From positions 620,001 through 684,000 of the forward strand of contig CM074811.1 in NCBI GenBank assembly GCA_037447605.1: DNA of 64,000 nt, in the 5' to 3' direction. Made by a program: the position numbers and the translations under genes. The notes below the pieces were generated by a model. The model had not been told where the DNA came from. It did not search any database and saw only the letters and a program-made list of their open reading frames with translations. Positions 48,041 to 59,540 of this stretch are shown here, piece by piece (the stretch's first letter is position 1; each line of letters starts with the position of its first letter). Source of the stretch: Zygnema circumcarinatum SAG 698-1b (lineage: Eukaryota > Plantae > Zygnematophyceae).

Positions 48041-48543
48041 TGTGACGGACAGAGCAGATGGGGGAGAGGTGGAGGGAGGGAGGAAAACGTGGGAGTGCGA
48101 GACGTGATGGGAGAAGGCTACGTAATGTAAAGCGAGGGGGAGGGAGAAAGAGAGACGAGAGGAGGGAGAGGGAGCGACGTGGCGCAGCGGGGGCCGCCCC
48201 TCGCCCTGCACTGCGGGAGGGTCGACTCCATGCAAAACACAAAACTGAAGCGGAACAAGTTGTCTCCATGCTCGTTAGGAGCGTTTAACTTCGGATCACG
48301 CTGTTCCCAGTTGCGTTGTGATGTAGGCTTCCTAGGATTGTAGCCAATCATTGATTGCCACGTGTAAAAACGGTTCGCTGTTGAAGATCTGGTGTGACTG
48401 GGACATTTACTGTTGAACGGTAGCATGTGAACATGGTTGCAAAGTCGCCATCTGGCAAATGCTGATTGGGAGGTAACTTGGAGCTTGTGTTTCTAGAAGC
48501 GCTGGACGAGCTCGGAGGCGCCACGATGTCCATTGTGACCACC

Positions 48544-48609
48544 TCCTCGTGGTTCCCCATGCTGCTGTGTTTACCATGTATCTTTGATGGCATCATCGCC
48601 ATCGTGAGA
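48544..48609 (+). repeat. Dispersed repeat, copy 2 (3' core only)
   Basis: TCCTCGTGGTTCCCCATGCTG and TTTGATGGCATCATCGCCATCGTGAGA are identical to 37030-37093. Confidence 0.8.
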
Positions 48610-49553
48610 CCCATGCCAGTTCTATTGCTTTTCTTCGAGGGATCTTTAGGGCAATCCTCCATTGCCAATAAGAGTTGAGCGTCTCTCGAATGGCAACTCG
48701 CCACATTTCCAAACACGAGTTTGTACACTTGGCGAATCGCCATTAGAAGATGCTTAACTCTTGTCGGCAATGGAGGACGACCCATCATTGATCATTCTTT
48801 TAGCGTTTCTGGACCACTTCACATTGATGATCTGTGCAGAAAGCTGCATAAACTTTGAAACAGTTGAGAACGAACCCCCTAAGCAGTGACGCACGCAGCA
48901 CGACAAGAAAACACCAACTCACATCCTTGGTCAGGCGACTTCGTACACAGTTAATACCTTCCATAGTGTTTTGGACATCGAAAACGTTTCTCAATGTGCT
49001 CCAACTCTGACATCACTTGCAACATTGCGCTCACCTGTCCCATGTTGTTGCTGTTGTGTAGCTCAGCTCCTAAATTAGCATGGTTCCAAGTTAGTCGCCT
49101 TGCTGTTGTTGATGTTGTTGAATGCTACAAGCCCACCTTGTGTCCAAACTAATATTGCATGTTTCCCTTCTTGAGCAACGGACAAATTGCCCTCCAAAAT
49201 CAAACAAGCACTGGGCAAGCTTCTCCACATGCGTCTCGTTTCACATAATCAGCCAAACTTTTGTCCACATATTGAAAGATTTGACAACGGACCATTTACA
49301 GACTTCACACGGGGGCAGGCCCAGACGCATGATTTGTTCCATTCTGGCACATAAGTCAGCCGGAGCTGAACGCCTCCTTATCCCTGCATTACATACAAAT
49401 GAGGTGACGAATGCTGTTGCACAGAGTTCCACAGAAGGATTTAGGAAACCACGTGAGACTCTCCGTACAAACCCTAAATCCATCCGACAATGAGGATGGC
49501 AATACTCTACAAGAGGCAAGGGCATGAAATTTGCAGCGCAGGAAGCGCCTGAT

Positions 49554-52500
49554 TTAATCTTTCAAGGAGTACTTCTTCCCTGAAAAGGCTTGGAACTTGG
49601 GCTCGTCTTTCTGTGGCTCCACTTCTTTCCCTTTCTCTTTCTCCTTCACTGGGTCCTTGGGCTTCAACGACGACCCCCTTATGGAATCCTGGCACGCAAG
49701 ATTAGGGCCCACCCAAGAAACATGAAGCATGAGCAGGACCTGACAGAGCTACAACTTGAACACTGACAACAATAGTGAGAAGAGAGAAGAACCCTTCCGA
49801 TCGGCTGACCGCAACTGAATTAGGGAGACAGGGACCCACCATAGCATACTCGCCTTCACCCTCTCCCCCCTGTACAGTAGCCCTTCCCCTCAGGACCACA
49901 GCACGACGTAGCCTAAAACTAAAAAACCACGATTTCGCATTACCTCCGTCTTCCTTTCTCTTCCTTTCTACTCTTCCTGCGACACTCCCGCTTCTACCTC
50001 ACTATCTCTCTCTTTCTTCTCGACTTCACTTCTCACCGCCGCTCCTTCTTTCAGCTCACCTGTGGTGCAGCATTCCCATTAACAGGTGCGGCATTCCCTC
50101 CAAACACAAGCTTTCCTGCCTTTGATTTGCTCCCTGTAGACCCGCTTGCAGGTATAGATGTTGCAGCTGCAGGTGCAGCTGGGACAGGTGCAGCAACAAC
50201 TGGCGATCTCCCATTGGCCCCTGTCGATGAGGACACAGTCTGATCTGGAGATTCCAAAGGCCTGCCTGGCTTCCCATCCAGCCGCCTTCCTTTACCCACA
50301 AATGCTTGAAACTGCGGCTTTTCCGGTTCAGGCGCAGGTTCATCTGCAGCTGCAGCGTGCAAGGGCCCACGAAGAGGGATTCACTTTTGGAGCTTAAGGT
50401 ATTTAGGGTTTTAATAGCATATGGTGATTTGGTTTAGGCCATTGTTGTTCATCCCTTTCTTATCAACGAACTCGTACATTAGGGTTCTGACGTTACATAT
50501 CCACTTGAGTTCTTCTTAAAAAAAGCAGCATTTAGCGGAATCCCTCTCTCTCTCTCTCACTCTCTCTGCCTCACTATTCCTCTCTCAACGTCCTTCCTTT
50601 CCGTTTTTCACTTCACTTCCTCGCCGATTCCTCTCTCGCGCTCTCTCCGCTATTCTTACTCTCCCCTTGACTGTTCTTTCTTCTCTCGTTTTCCCTACAA
50701 CGAGTACATACATACCTTGTTTATTTGAAGGTCCTGCTGGAGCAGCTGTTGTTGTGGAAGCTGGTGGCGGCGGCCTCTCCGGCTCTTTATAGTCAAGTGG
50801 TGGAGCGAAATCCACTTCGCAATCTGTTTCAATTATGGTTATTGCAGCTGAGGGTTTTGCCTCAACAATATCAATGTAATATTTTTTGTTGTTATAGGCC
50901 ACCATGATATTGTCACCCACAGTCAAGCACGAAAAGTTTCGCAACGTTGTTTCCAGCCTGCATAGACAATGAAGAAATGCTCATTTTCCCAATGCAGGCG
51001 CAAGACGTCCACTCGTTGCTATACCTGCGCAATCATAAAAGCGTTTCCACCAAAGCGGAAATGGATCCTAATGCTTTTTAAACAACGTTCAGAAGTACAC
51101 TAAAAACATACTTGAGTCTCCCCACCGTAAAGCCACTTCCTCATTTCTTAGTCTTACACTGCTTTCGGATTGGATATGTCGAGAAAGTCCTTTGTGTGAG
51201 GTTGTAGCTTCACATACGTCCCTTTAGGCAGTGTTGCGCTTTTCAGCCTCACCAGGTCGCCCTCTTGGAGCAAAAGATTTTGCATCATCTGCAGTTTAAC
51301 AACTCGTCCGCTGTCATTAATTCCTAAATCGACTTTCTTTAGAATTTTGAAAAAAACCGCCTTTTCCTTTCTGCTCTTCCCTCTCTACTCGCAACCTTTC
51401 ATTCCGCACGTCTCCTCCCCAAACGTCAAGTGCTGCTACGTCAGCAGTGCATTAGTTTCCACATGTGAGAGAACGGGACCAACAAAGTGCCAGTACAAGT
51501 TAAACGCACCCAATAGGGCATGTAGATGAGGCCTTCGTCTGCTACAAACTCGAGAACTCCGCAATGTGAACTCCGGTTTGCGGCTGGATTTTGAACTTCA
51601 AAAAGCATTGGATAGTCAATGCGCAGGGATGCTGGCATTACAGTTGGCAACAAGAAATTCATCAGTTTTTCTATCTCTCTCTCTCTCTCTCTCTTTCTAT
51701 CTATCTATCTATCTATCAGCACGTACACACGCGCACACACACCGCTTCACCCAGCAGCGACAACTGACATCAGTCACTTGAAACAAGTCCTCAGGGTCAG
51801 CCAGAAGTCTAAACAGCGTGTTAAATTACATACAAGCCTACTTTAGCATTACTGCCAGGAATAAGTAGCACGATCTTATCGACCAAAATTTAAGGGATTA
51901 AAAGTATAAGAAGCCAGCGGGAACAGAGGAGACTCTCTCCCTGTGTTTTGGAGCTGACACCGACCATAAAACGAGGAGGAAATGCAGTGAGCCTTACCTA
52001 GCCGATCAAGCGCTGACGGAGGCATAATCACTGCAGCCGCCCTCAGCAAAGTCTTGGATCAAACAGACAGTATTTTGACACTGAACTGTGCCTGAGTAGA
52101 CCTATAAGGCTCCTCCAGACTTGACTTAAATTAAGCCAATGATTGACACATACACTACTTAGGAGGGCGGGAGACGTCCCGCTCTCCTCTTGAGGGGGAG
52201 GGAGGGGAGGGAGAGGTGTAATAAGGTAACAACCAGGGACACGGGGAAAGGAGAAAATGAGAGAGACAGGGAGAGGGAGGGGGTTCTGAAGCAATTGAAA
52301 GTTACTTCTCAAAAAAGAAATGCGGCCAAGAACTAGAAGATAGAACAAAGATTTGCACTGAGGTTGTATCATGATCCTAGGTGAAGCTTTCAACGGCATC
52401 TTAGCAAGAAAAATGTCTGAGCCTGCTGATTGCTTTTCGTATTCACGTAAAAAGGGTGAAACAAGAGAAAATAAGTAGTACCTTTGTCTCCATTTTCCAA

Positions 52501-52979
52501 GTGAGGCTGCGGGAAAAACGAAAGCAAAAAGAATGGGAAGAAAGAGTCAGAATAACGGCTCAGTTGAAGCGCAGGAAAGTGCATTCTCAAAGAATTGGCA
52601 GCGTCTGTAGGATATGAGAAAATATTGATCACAAAAATAAGGCTTTCAGGGCGTACCTTGTCGATAAAGGAGACTGGATATACGTGGTAGTTCTGTTCAA
52701 ACGTACCTCCTCCTCCAAAAGGGCCATACCCTTGAAAGAACTGCAAACAATTGAAAGCAAGCAAACAAATTAACAAAAGTATAATTCGAGAGCGCCAAGA
52801 GCTTACAATTCAGACGATATCTCCAACATCATGAAGAAAGGTCTTTCGTGCAGGAGTCATCTTTTGGTCCCTCTGATAACATTCCAGGTTGCAGAGCAAA
52901 GCATCTTCAAAACAGTCATCCGGACATCTCCAGTTGATCGACTGATAACGTGAGCAATCAGGAACGGAGCTCAGACCAT
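49554..52979 (-). CDS. UFD1: Ubiquitin fusion degradation protein 1 (CDC48 cofactor)
   Basis: ATG-only first coding exon 52979-52977 (tentative), then 52740-52657, 52506-52482, 52030-51998, 51631-51510, 51288-51158, 50957-50716, 50349-50060, 49688-49554. Motifs [67 protein letters not shown], and SHP-box-like [13 protein letters not shown] and [11 protein letters not shown]. Confidence 0.95.
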
Positions 52980-53910
52980 TTCTGTCTCTGCTTGACGCCG
53001 TTCCAAACACAAAGCTGCTGAATGAATTCACTCTCTGCACAAGCTGAGGAGAGATTCAATAATTTGGAGATTATTAGGTGAAAGAAAACAACGAAATCAG
53101 CAGTTGCTTCAACATTCCGCCGTCATGTCCAGAAAAAAAGAAGCTGTTATGTGAATTTGTGCAGTTGACGCCATGGCTTTGAGAACACTATGGGGAAGCT
53201 TCAAGGTGGAGGGTGGAGCTCAACTGTTCCATGACACCTGATTAGAAAAATCTAGTTGCAGTTTCGCCGTCACACCGCGACGCATGGAACAGGATCGCGA
53301 CATTTTTAGACGAGAACCGCGCGACGGCTGAACATGGAACTGCGTCGTATCGTACAGTTTGCAATTCCGTCATATGGAACACTTTTGTCCGCTGGCACCA
53401 GCGAGAAGAGAGAGCGAAGAGTGAGAGGGCGGAGACAGAGGAGAGCGAAGAGAGAGAGATGACAGCGGAGAGAGAGAAGAGAGTGGAGAGAGAGCGAGAG
53501 GCGAGAGCTGAGAGAGAGAGACGAGAGCGGAGTGAGAGAGAAAAGAGAGGAGAGAGCGAGAAGAGCGAGAGGAGAAAAGAGAGCGGCAAGAGGAGAATGG
53601 TCGTGAAGTCGACATTTTTATTTTATTTTATATCTTAGTTTTCCTGTTCTGTGAAAAGTCTATTTTCAAATGACTCGCTATGCCAAAGAAAATTGTAGTC
53701 GTAGGCTCTTTCGGTTTCAGATTTGGTTTTAGTTTCTCAATTTGGTGTCTGTGGGTAGTTTTCTTCAGTTTTTTTCTCTTTTTCCTTTGTTTTTCTTTAG
53801 AGCATGGTGTTCCATGAGTNNNNNNNNNNCCCCCCCCCCCCCCCCCCACAAAGAAACCACATAGAAACACCCTCGCCTCCCTCACATCCACTGTAGAAAC
53901 CTTCTCCATT

Positions 53911-55598
53911 TCAAACGCCCTCCTTTGGAGTTTCACTCTCCTCCAAAATCTCCTCCTCCCTAAACCATTTCCCATCCCCAAGAGGACCGCCCTCTGTGCC
54001 TTCAACCGCACGCATTTCTGCACACCTCTCCCTCTCAGGTTCCAAAGGAGCCTCCTTTTCACATAGAGGAAAAGCCGCCGCCTCCGATGGAAGCGCCACA
54101 TGTATTACAGGAAACTCAATCACTACTCGGCCTCGTAATTGGGACTTCAACGCGGCAGAAGCCTTCAACTCAATGTACTTCACAGCATTTGCCTGCAGTC
54201 GCACTAAAAATAGCCGTGTCACTGATCTACTTTCCACATGCATCTGGCATGCATGCCATACATAAGAAAATGTGAAGCTGCCCTCTGCTGACTATCCTCT
54301 CCCCCCCAGCAACAGAAGCAAGACGTAACTTCAGGATTGGTGTCACATACCCGGCAAGGTTGCTTTTTAAAAAATAGTCGAAGTTGGTTGGGCCCAGCTT
54401 CCACGTAGGGAATGATCGTCCTTCTGCCCTTTGCCTGTTCAGCATCCAAATGCTTCTGCAGGACACTGCCAAAGGTTTCATTTTCGTTCATTCTGTAACA
54501 AAGACAAAACAAACAATGAAGAGATTCAAAAGCGTGTAGCAGCTTGAAGGCTCAATGAAGGCCTAGAACTCCTCCCTACCAGCTAGTATCACAGCAGTTG
54601 TGTTTTAGTTCTGTTTACTTCAGTTTGAGACCAACAAAGGCACAATAAGCATTTTTCTTGTGTTGTTCTCCGTCTCTCCTTCCTCCTCATTCTGGACTGT
54701 CGAGTAAAATCGCACGTCAAGTTCCTCCCTCTCCAATCGTTTCCTTCAACTCTTCCCTCCCCTCCTCTACCGCGTCCTCTTCACCTCCACCTCCCGGAGG
54801 TTGTCTCTCCTCTCTTCCTATTTCTTCGTCATACCTTGCAGTGACGAGCATCAGGTCAGCGCCCGGAAACTGCCACTCCACTCTCCAAAAGATGCAACGA
54901 CGCCTGCACATCCTCCATGATATAAAAAGATTCATAAAGAATGAACGTTTAGAATAATTGGTGGAAAGGGGAAGCTGCAAGCTGCGTAGTTAAAATCCCT
55001 TCTTTCCGTTGATATCCTAGAGTATGGCCAGCATGTCAACAGATAATGAGAATTGCAGAATATACCTTCGGTCGTACAGGCTTGTGTTTTCATTTCTGCG
55101 CGTCATTCCTTTAGCAAGGTACAAAAGAGTTGTGCCTCTATTTGACGCCTGTTTGCGGAGCGCTTCTAGGGGTTGAGGTATACGGTATTGCACCGATACT
55201 CCAACCTCGGCCCGAAGCTTTTTGGCAGCATCACTCTCCTTTAGGGACTCCTCCAGAAAGTGGTAATCTGCCACTCAAAGGAGGATAACAATAACAAACT
55301 AAAAATCACATGAAGTAGAATTATCCAAAGGTAATTAATATCCTAGCGTATGGCCAACATGTCAACAGATTATGAGGTAAGCAGATGATTGAAAGGATCT
55401 CTTCAGTTAAGAAGGTGCTTTAAAACTTTAAAGGTAGATAAAACAGCTTGGCTAAACGGATGCACAAAGATAATTAGTAAGTCGAATTCTAGTCGGTCGA
55501 AAGACTTTACAAAAGCTAAGCCGATTCTTCAATGACTGCCGATTCTGTAAAGTTGACTGCTACTCATAGTCCTTCCAAGTTTGAAATGATAACTCTCT

Positions 55599-55671
<73 letters not shown>

Positions 55672-56150
55672 CGTTTTATAACTCGGTCAAACCTTGTCGG
55701 ACATTCTGCAACTTTCCTCTGCCCACCCGTGCAGCTTCAACATCATTCAGGCGCATTTACTCACTCGCCCTGCATCGCGGACAAATATGACTCAACCACA
55801 AGATTCATACTGGAGCAGGTTGATGCAAACATCGCAATCACTTTCTTACCAGACAGGAGATGATTGTCTGTGAATTCCTTGAGTGGGACGAACTCTGTCC
55901 TATTCCTTTTCCCCGTGCAGCCTGTGTCCTCCTTGTGATCTTTCACACACCGCAGGCAGCATGTCTGCACGCCGCATGCAGGGCACCGATACTTCCATGG
56001 CTTTTCTCTACACTGGCAACAGATTATAGCTCCTGTTCCTGTTTCATTTGCCATAGTCATCCGGGAAGCGCTCTGCATTCCTGAACCTATCGACTGCGCA
56101 TTATCTGCTGATGAGTCACAGGCAGCCGTAGGACTCTCTTCAATAGACAT
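53911..56150 (-). CDS. BCD1: Box C/D snoRNA biogenesis protein 1 (zf-HIT, BCD1/ZNHIT6-like)
   Basis: Exons 56150 (or 56054)-55850, 55267-55066, 54903-54835, 54492-54351, 54192-53911. HIT zinc finger CCQC...KYRCPACGVQTCCLRCVKDHK...CTGKR, LLSDYHFLE, GMTRRNENTS, IFWRVEWQF, VVIEFPVIHV. Confidence 0.9.
55012..55376. repeat. 39-bp direct repeat (36/39 identical) at 55012-55050 and 55338-55376, one copy in each intron flanking BCD1 exon 2
   Basis: ATATCCTAG(A/C)GTATGGCCA(G/A)CATGTCAACAGAT(A/T)ATGAG. Confidence 0.9.
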
Positions 56151-56381
56151 CGCTCCAAAGTTCAAACCAGGGAAGGTGATGCCAATCACGCAGGAGAGTC
56201 GATATGATGCAGGAGAGGAAAGCAGATAAGCGATTCAAGAGTAACGATATCAACGCATTGTTTTTTTCTTTGAAACAAAAGAAACGTGAATTGTATATGA
56301 AAAGTCTCTCGCCTCGGCAAGCGAGAATGAAGTCTATCGTTTGAATCGCGCCACTTCTTACGGCAGCTTTTTGTCACTCTT

Positions 56382-56954
56382 ATGAGCACAACCATGGCCA
56401 TGGCTGCACAGTTGTCACCGAATAGCGGATTTGTTCGCTGCCAGTCTCATTATTCAAGAAGCTTCCCTTCTTGTCCTCCATACTTGGCTGCAAAATGCTC
56501 ATGCTTCTCGTCATCCTCTACGGCTCTTAACCCTAATTTGTCCTTGAGAAATTCCAAGTTTCTGTCAAGACCTTCTATCCGTCCCCTCCCTGCAAGGAAA
56601 GGCATTATAGCACGGCTAGGAAGCCAAGGGAGGAGGAGAATCCGTTTGGCAGAAGTTATAGCATCTGTTCCAGAACGTTTGAAAGCGTACTTTGAACTGC
56701 CTTTCCGGCGCCCTCTCTTTGGAGGCATAGCCCTATTTGGAGGATTTTATGTAGCACAAACAATTTCTCTTTCTTTTGGAGCTTTAGGAGTGAATGATGT
56801 TGTTGCTGCAGCTCTCTGTGTGCTCTTCACGGAGTACATTACTCGGTTTTATCACACACGGGCGAAACCGACCTTTTCCATAGCCCTTCTAAATGTCTTT
56901 AAAATGGGATTCACATACGGATTGTTCATCGATGCGTTCAAGCTTGCCAGCTGA
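56382..56954 (+). CDS. Ycf20-like plastid membrane protein (DUF565), intronless
   Basis: 190-aa ORF with Ser-rich transit peptide and mature part GGFYVAQTISLSFGALGVNDV...LLNVFKMGFTYGLFIDAFKLAS, typical of Ycf20-like proteins. Confidence 0.9.
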   Translation: MSTTMAMAAQLSPNSGFVRCQSHYSRSFPSCPPYLAAKCSCFSSSSTALNPNLSLRNSKFLSRPSIRPLPARKGIIARLGSQGRRRIRLAEVIASVPERLKAYFELPFRRPLFGGIALFGGFYVAQTISLSFGALGVNDVVAAALCVLFTEYITRFYHTRAKPTFSIALLNVFKMGFTYGLFIDAFKLAS

Positions 56955-58587
56955 CCGATCATTGCTTCCAACAACGCGAAAGTCATTTTCTGGTCATCAT
57001 TTGCAACAGTTTGCAGGTATGCAGAATACTGTTTTTAAAGAGCATTTTCTTTTTTGTTGTTTCTTCCCGTCGTGAATCGCCGGAGGAACGTTTGTAGAGG
57101 GGATACTGTCAAAGCAATTGATTGGAATAATTGAGTGATATCTGAAGTTCAATGTCTTCAAAGTGGTGAAAAAGACCTGAGGGTGAAATACAAAACGAAC
57201 TCGTGGTATGAAAATAAGGCTCTTTTTGTATGAGGAGAAGTGTCTTTAATCATATCAAGGAAATAGCTTTTCAAGAGTGAAAACATGAACTGGCATTGCC
57301 GACAAGAAGCCAACAGATTGACTTGGGTTTTGCAGTGGTGTTGCTGGAGAGGGTAGCTTCATCATTGTATGGAAGATCTTAGCAATAGTTTATCCTGTCT
57401 CTTTTGTGCAGGAGCGCACTAGACGAAGGAAAGATTGGCAATTTTCTGAAGATGTCGCGGAGGACCGAGGGGATATATAACCCTACTATTGTAGTGCATA
57501 AAGTTAGAACTAAACTGGTTTCTGTAAGTGATTTGATCTTGGTTCTCTCGAAATCCAACAGCACCGTAGTTCTATTCAGAGTCTCGATCATCGCTTATAC
57601 ATTATCACTCTTTGTCCTTGAAGTTTTATGTAGTCCATGTGAAACCACTTTTTGACCTAATGAGCTGCAACTCACTCCATTAGCGGCATAAGCGCAAATT
57701 GCCTTAGGAGCTTTCCCTCTATACGAAGGTTTATATTTTCTCTGAGCCTTCGGTGAGCCCTTGGTGATTCGCCTTTTGAGCTTTTTTAGAAGATTTAGCT
57801 GAGTGCTGACCCTTGGGTGGTTCTGGAGCTGCAGTTGTGCTTTGGACCCAACGATTTTAACTTTTTACTTCGAGTCCAGAACCATTCGAGAATGTCCCGA
57901 TAGTTATGGCCTATTTTCTTGGACATGCGTAGACAACGTGGACAAATGCAATGCAGTATTTGTTTGCATTGCGGGAGCCACTGCATTTAAAATGAGCGCA
58001 TTTTTTTTTGACGAAACGACGAACGTATACATGATGCCAGTCAGGAGATGTGTTCGCATAATGAGCCCAGTACTTTTTCTTAATATGACAGACACACTTG
58101 AGACTTGAAACTTCAGATGTTTGCAGCCGCCTTAATGAGGGAAGGACGGGATGGGGGAAGGGAGGGGAAGGAGGGAAGGTAGGGAGGGGAGGGGACGGCG
58201 AGTGGAAGGGAGGGAAGGCGAGTTAGGGGAGTTGAAGGAGGAAGGGGAGGCGGGGAGGGAGGGGAGGGACGTCGTTCTCTTTCTTCACTCCCTCTCATGT
58301 GTGACTTAGTCTCTTGCTCATTTCTTCCAATTCTTGTGCTGCCTTCAATCTCTTAATCTGCATAAGCTCCAAAACAACTTGCGACCTTATCTTCGAAGTG
58401 CCTGCCACCTTTTGCCCGTCTAACTTCACCAGCTCACGCCTGTGCTCTACCTTCCAAAGCTGCCTCCTGCTCGACCCCTCTCCATTTTTTTCTCTTATTC
58501 ACTTTTCCATCTCTCCCTCCCCTAATTGTCCGGCTCTTCTCCTCTCCTTTTCCAATCATATAAGCCCAGACATAGGGGAAACTTTCA

Positions 58588-58731
58588 TTGAACTCGCGAT
58601 GGCGAGGCCGTCAAATGTACATGGACTAAAGCAAAATGTGGAACCACGAAGGACTGGTCGCAAAGGACCGAAACACAATAAAACGAAGCTAGGAGCGGAA
58701 AACTACGCCTAGGCGCAACAACGCAGCCCTA
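58588..58731 (-). repeat. Dispersed repeat, copy 3 (diverged, 8-bp CCTAGGCG insertion)
   Basis: Reverse complement aligns end to end with 36949-37097. Confidence 0.75.
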
Positions 58732-59540
58732 GAAGCAGCCGCGAAGGTCACCGATATGAGGCACGGCCAGTCATAGTACTACGGTACGTTCCTGGGAGGT
58801 CCCACTTTCCAGTCCCAGTACGGTACTGGACAGTCTGCACTCTGCACTGCAGTCAGCCAGGCAATGTTACGGAATGGTACAGTACAGTGGGTCCGTACGC
58901 TTTCAGTCGACCCGGTTCTGGTCCCTGCGGGCCTCCTGCCGCCTGCCGCGACTCGCCGCGGCGCAAGGGCGGCCCGGCATTTCTATTGGTCGTGAAGGTA
59001 ACGGCCGTCCGTTAATAGTAACTAGACGTACAGCCTAGAGAACCGTAATGACGCACAATGACGCAGTGCGCCGCTACAATGACGTCATCGGTTTGTCGTC
59101 ACCTCCGTCCCGTGAGCATAACGCTACGGCCTCTGCGGCTCCGCCTCTCCGGGTTTTGCGGAGGGCCACGTGGCACCTTCCACGTCTCTGGGGACAACTC
59201 CAAGTCGGACTCAGAGCCAATATAATCGTATATCCAATGGGGATGAGCCACGTGTACAATTTCGTACACGTGGTGCGTCCCCATTGGATGACGCCAGTCC
59301 GCAGTGCGCCATGTGGTCCTTGTGCCGTACACATCTCATTTGCCTCCCTCTCCTCTCCCTCTCCACTTCTCCCTCTCGCCCGCTCACTCTCTCGCTCTTT
59401 CTCTCTCTCTCTCACTCTCTCACTCTCTCACTCTCTCACTCTCGGGCAGGGAGAACCAGGTTTCAGGCTGCTGTAGAAGAAGGAGAGAAAGAAGGATAGA
59501 GGAAAAGAGAGAGGGAGACATAGAGGGAGAGAGGGAGAGG

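Larger units (their letters stand above)
21419..53829. other. Five 10-N assembly gaps (21419-21428, 22660-22669, 26510-26519, 27114-27123, 53820-53829)
   Basis: Uniform 10-N placeholders next to homopolymer or low-complexity runs; true lengths unknown. Confidence 0.95.

Noticed and set aside
50349-50393. Alternative UFD1 acceptor at CTTAAG (~50393)
   Set aside because: It introduces an in-frame TGA; the acceptor at 50350 keeps the frame.
52810-53040. 76-aa minus-strand ORF upstream of UFD1
   Set aside because: It overlaps the UFD1 5'-UTR exon (53035-52977, ending ATG|GT) and the following intron; no family features.
58695-58720. Helitron 3' end (palindrome CGCCTAGGCG, CTAG)
   Set aside because: The palindrome is absent from the homologous copy at 36949-37097, and hairpin-to-CTRR spacing and a TC 5' end could not be established.
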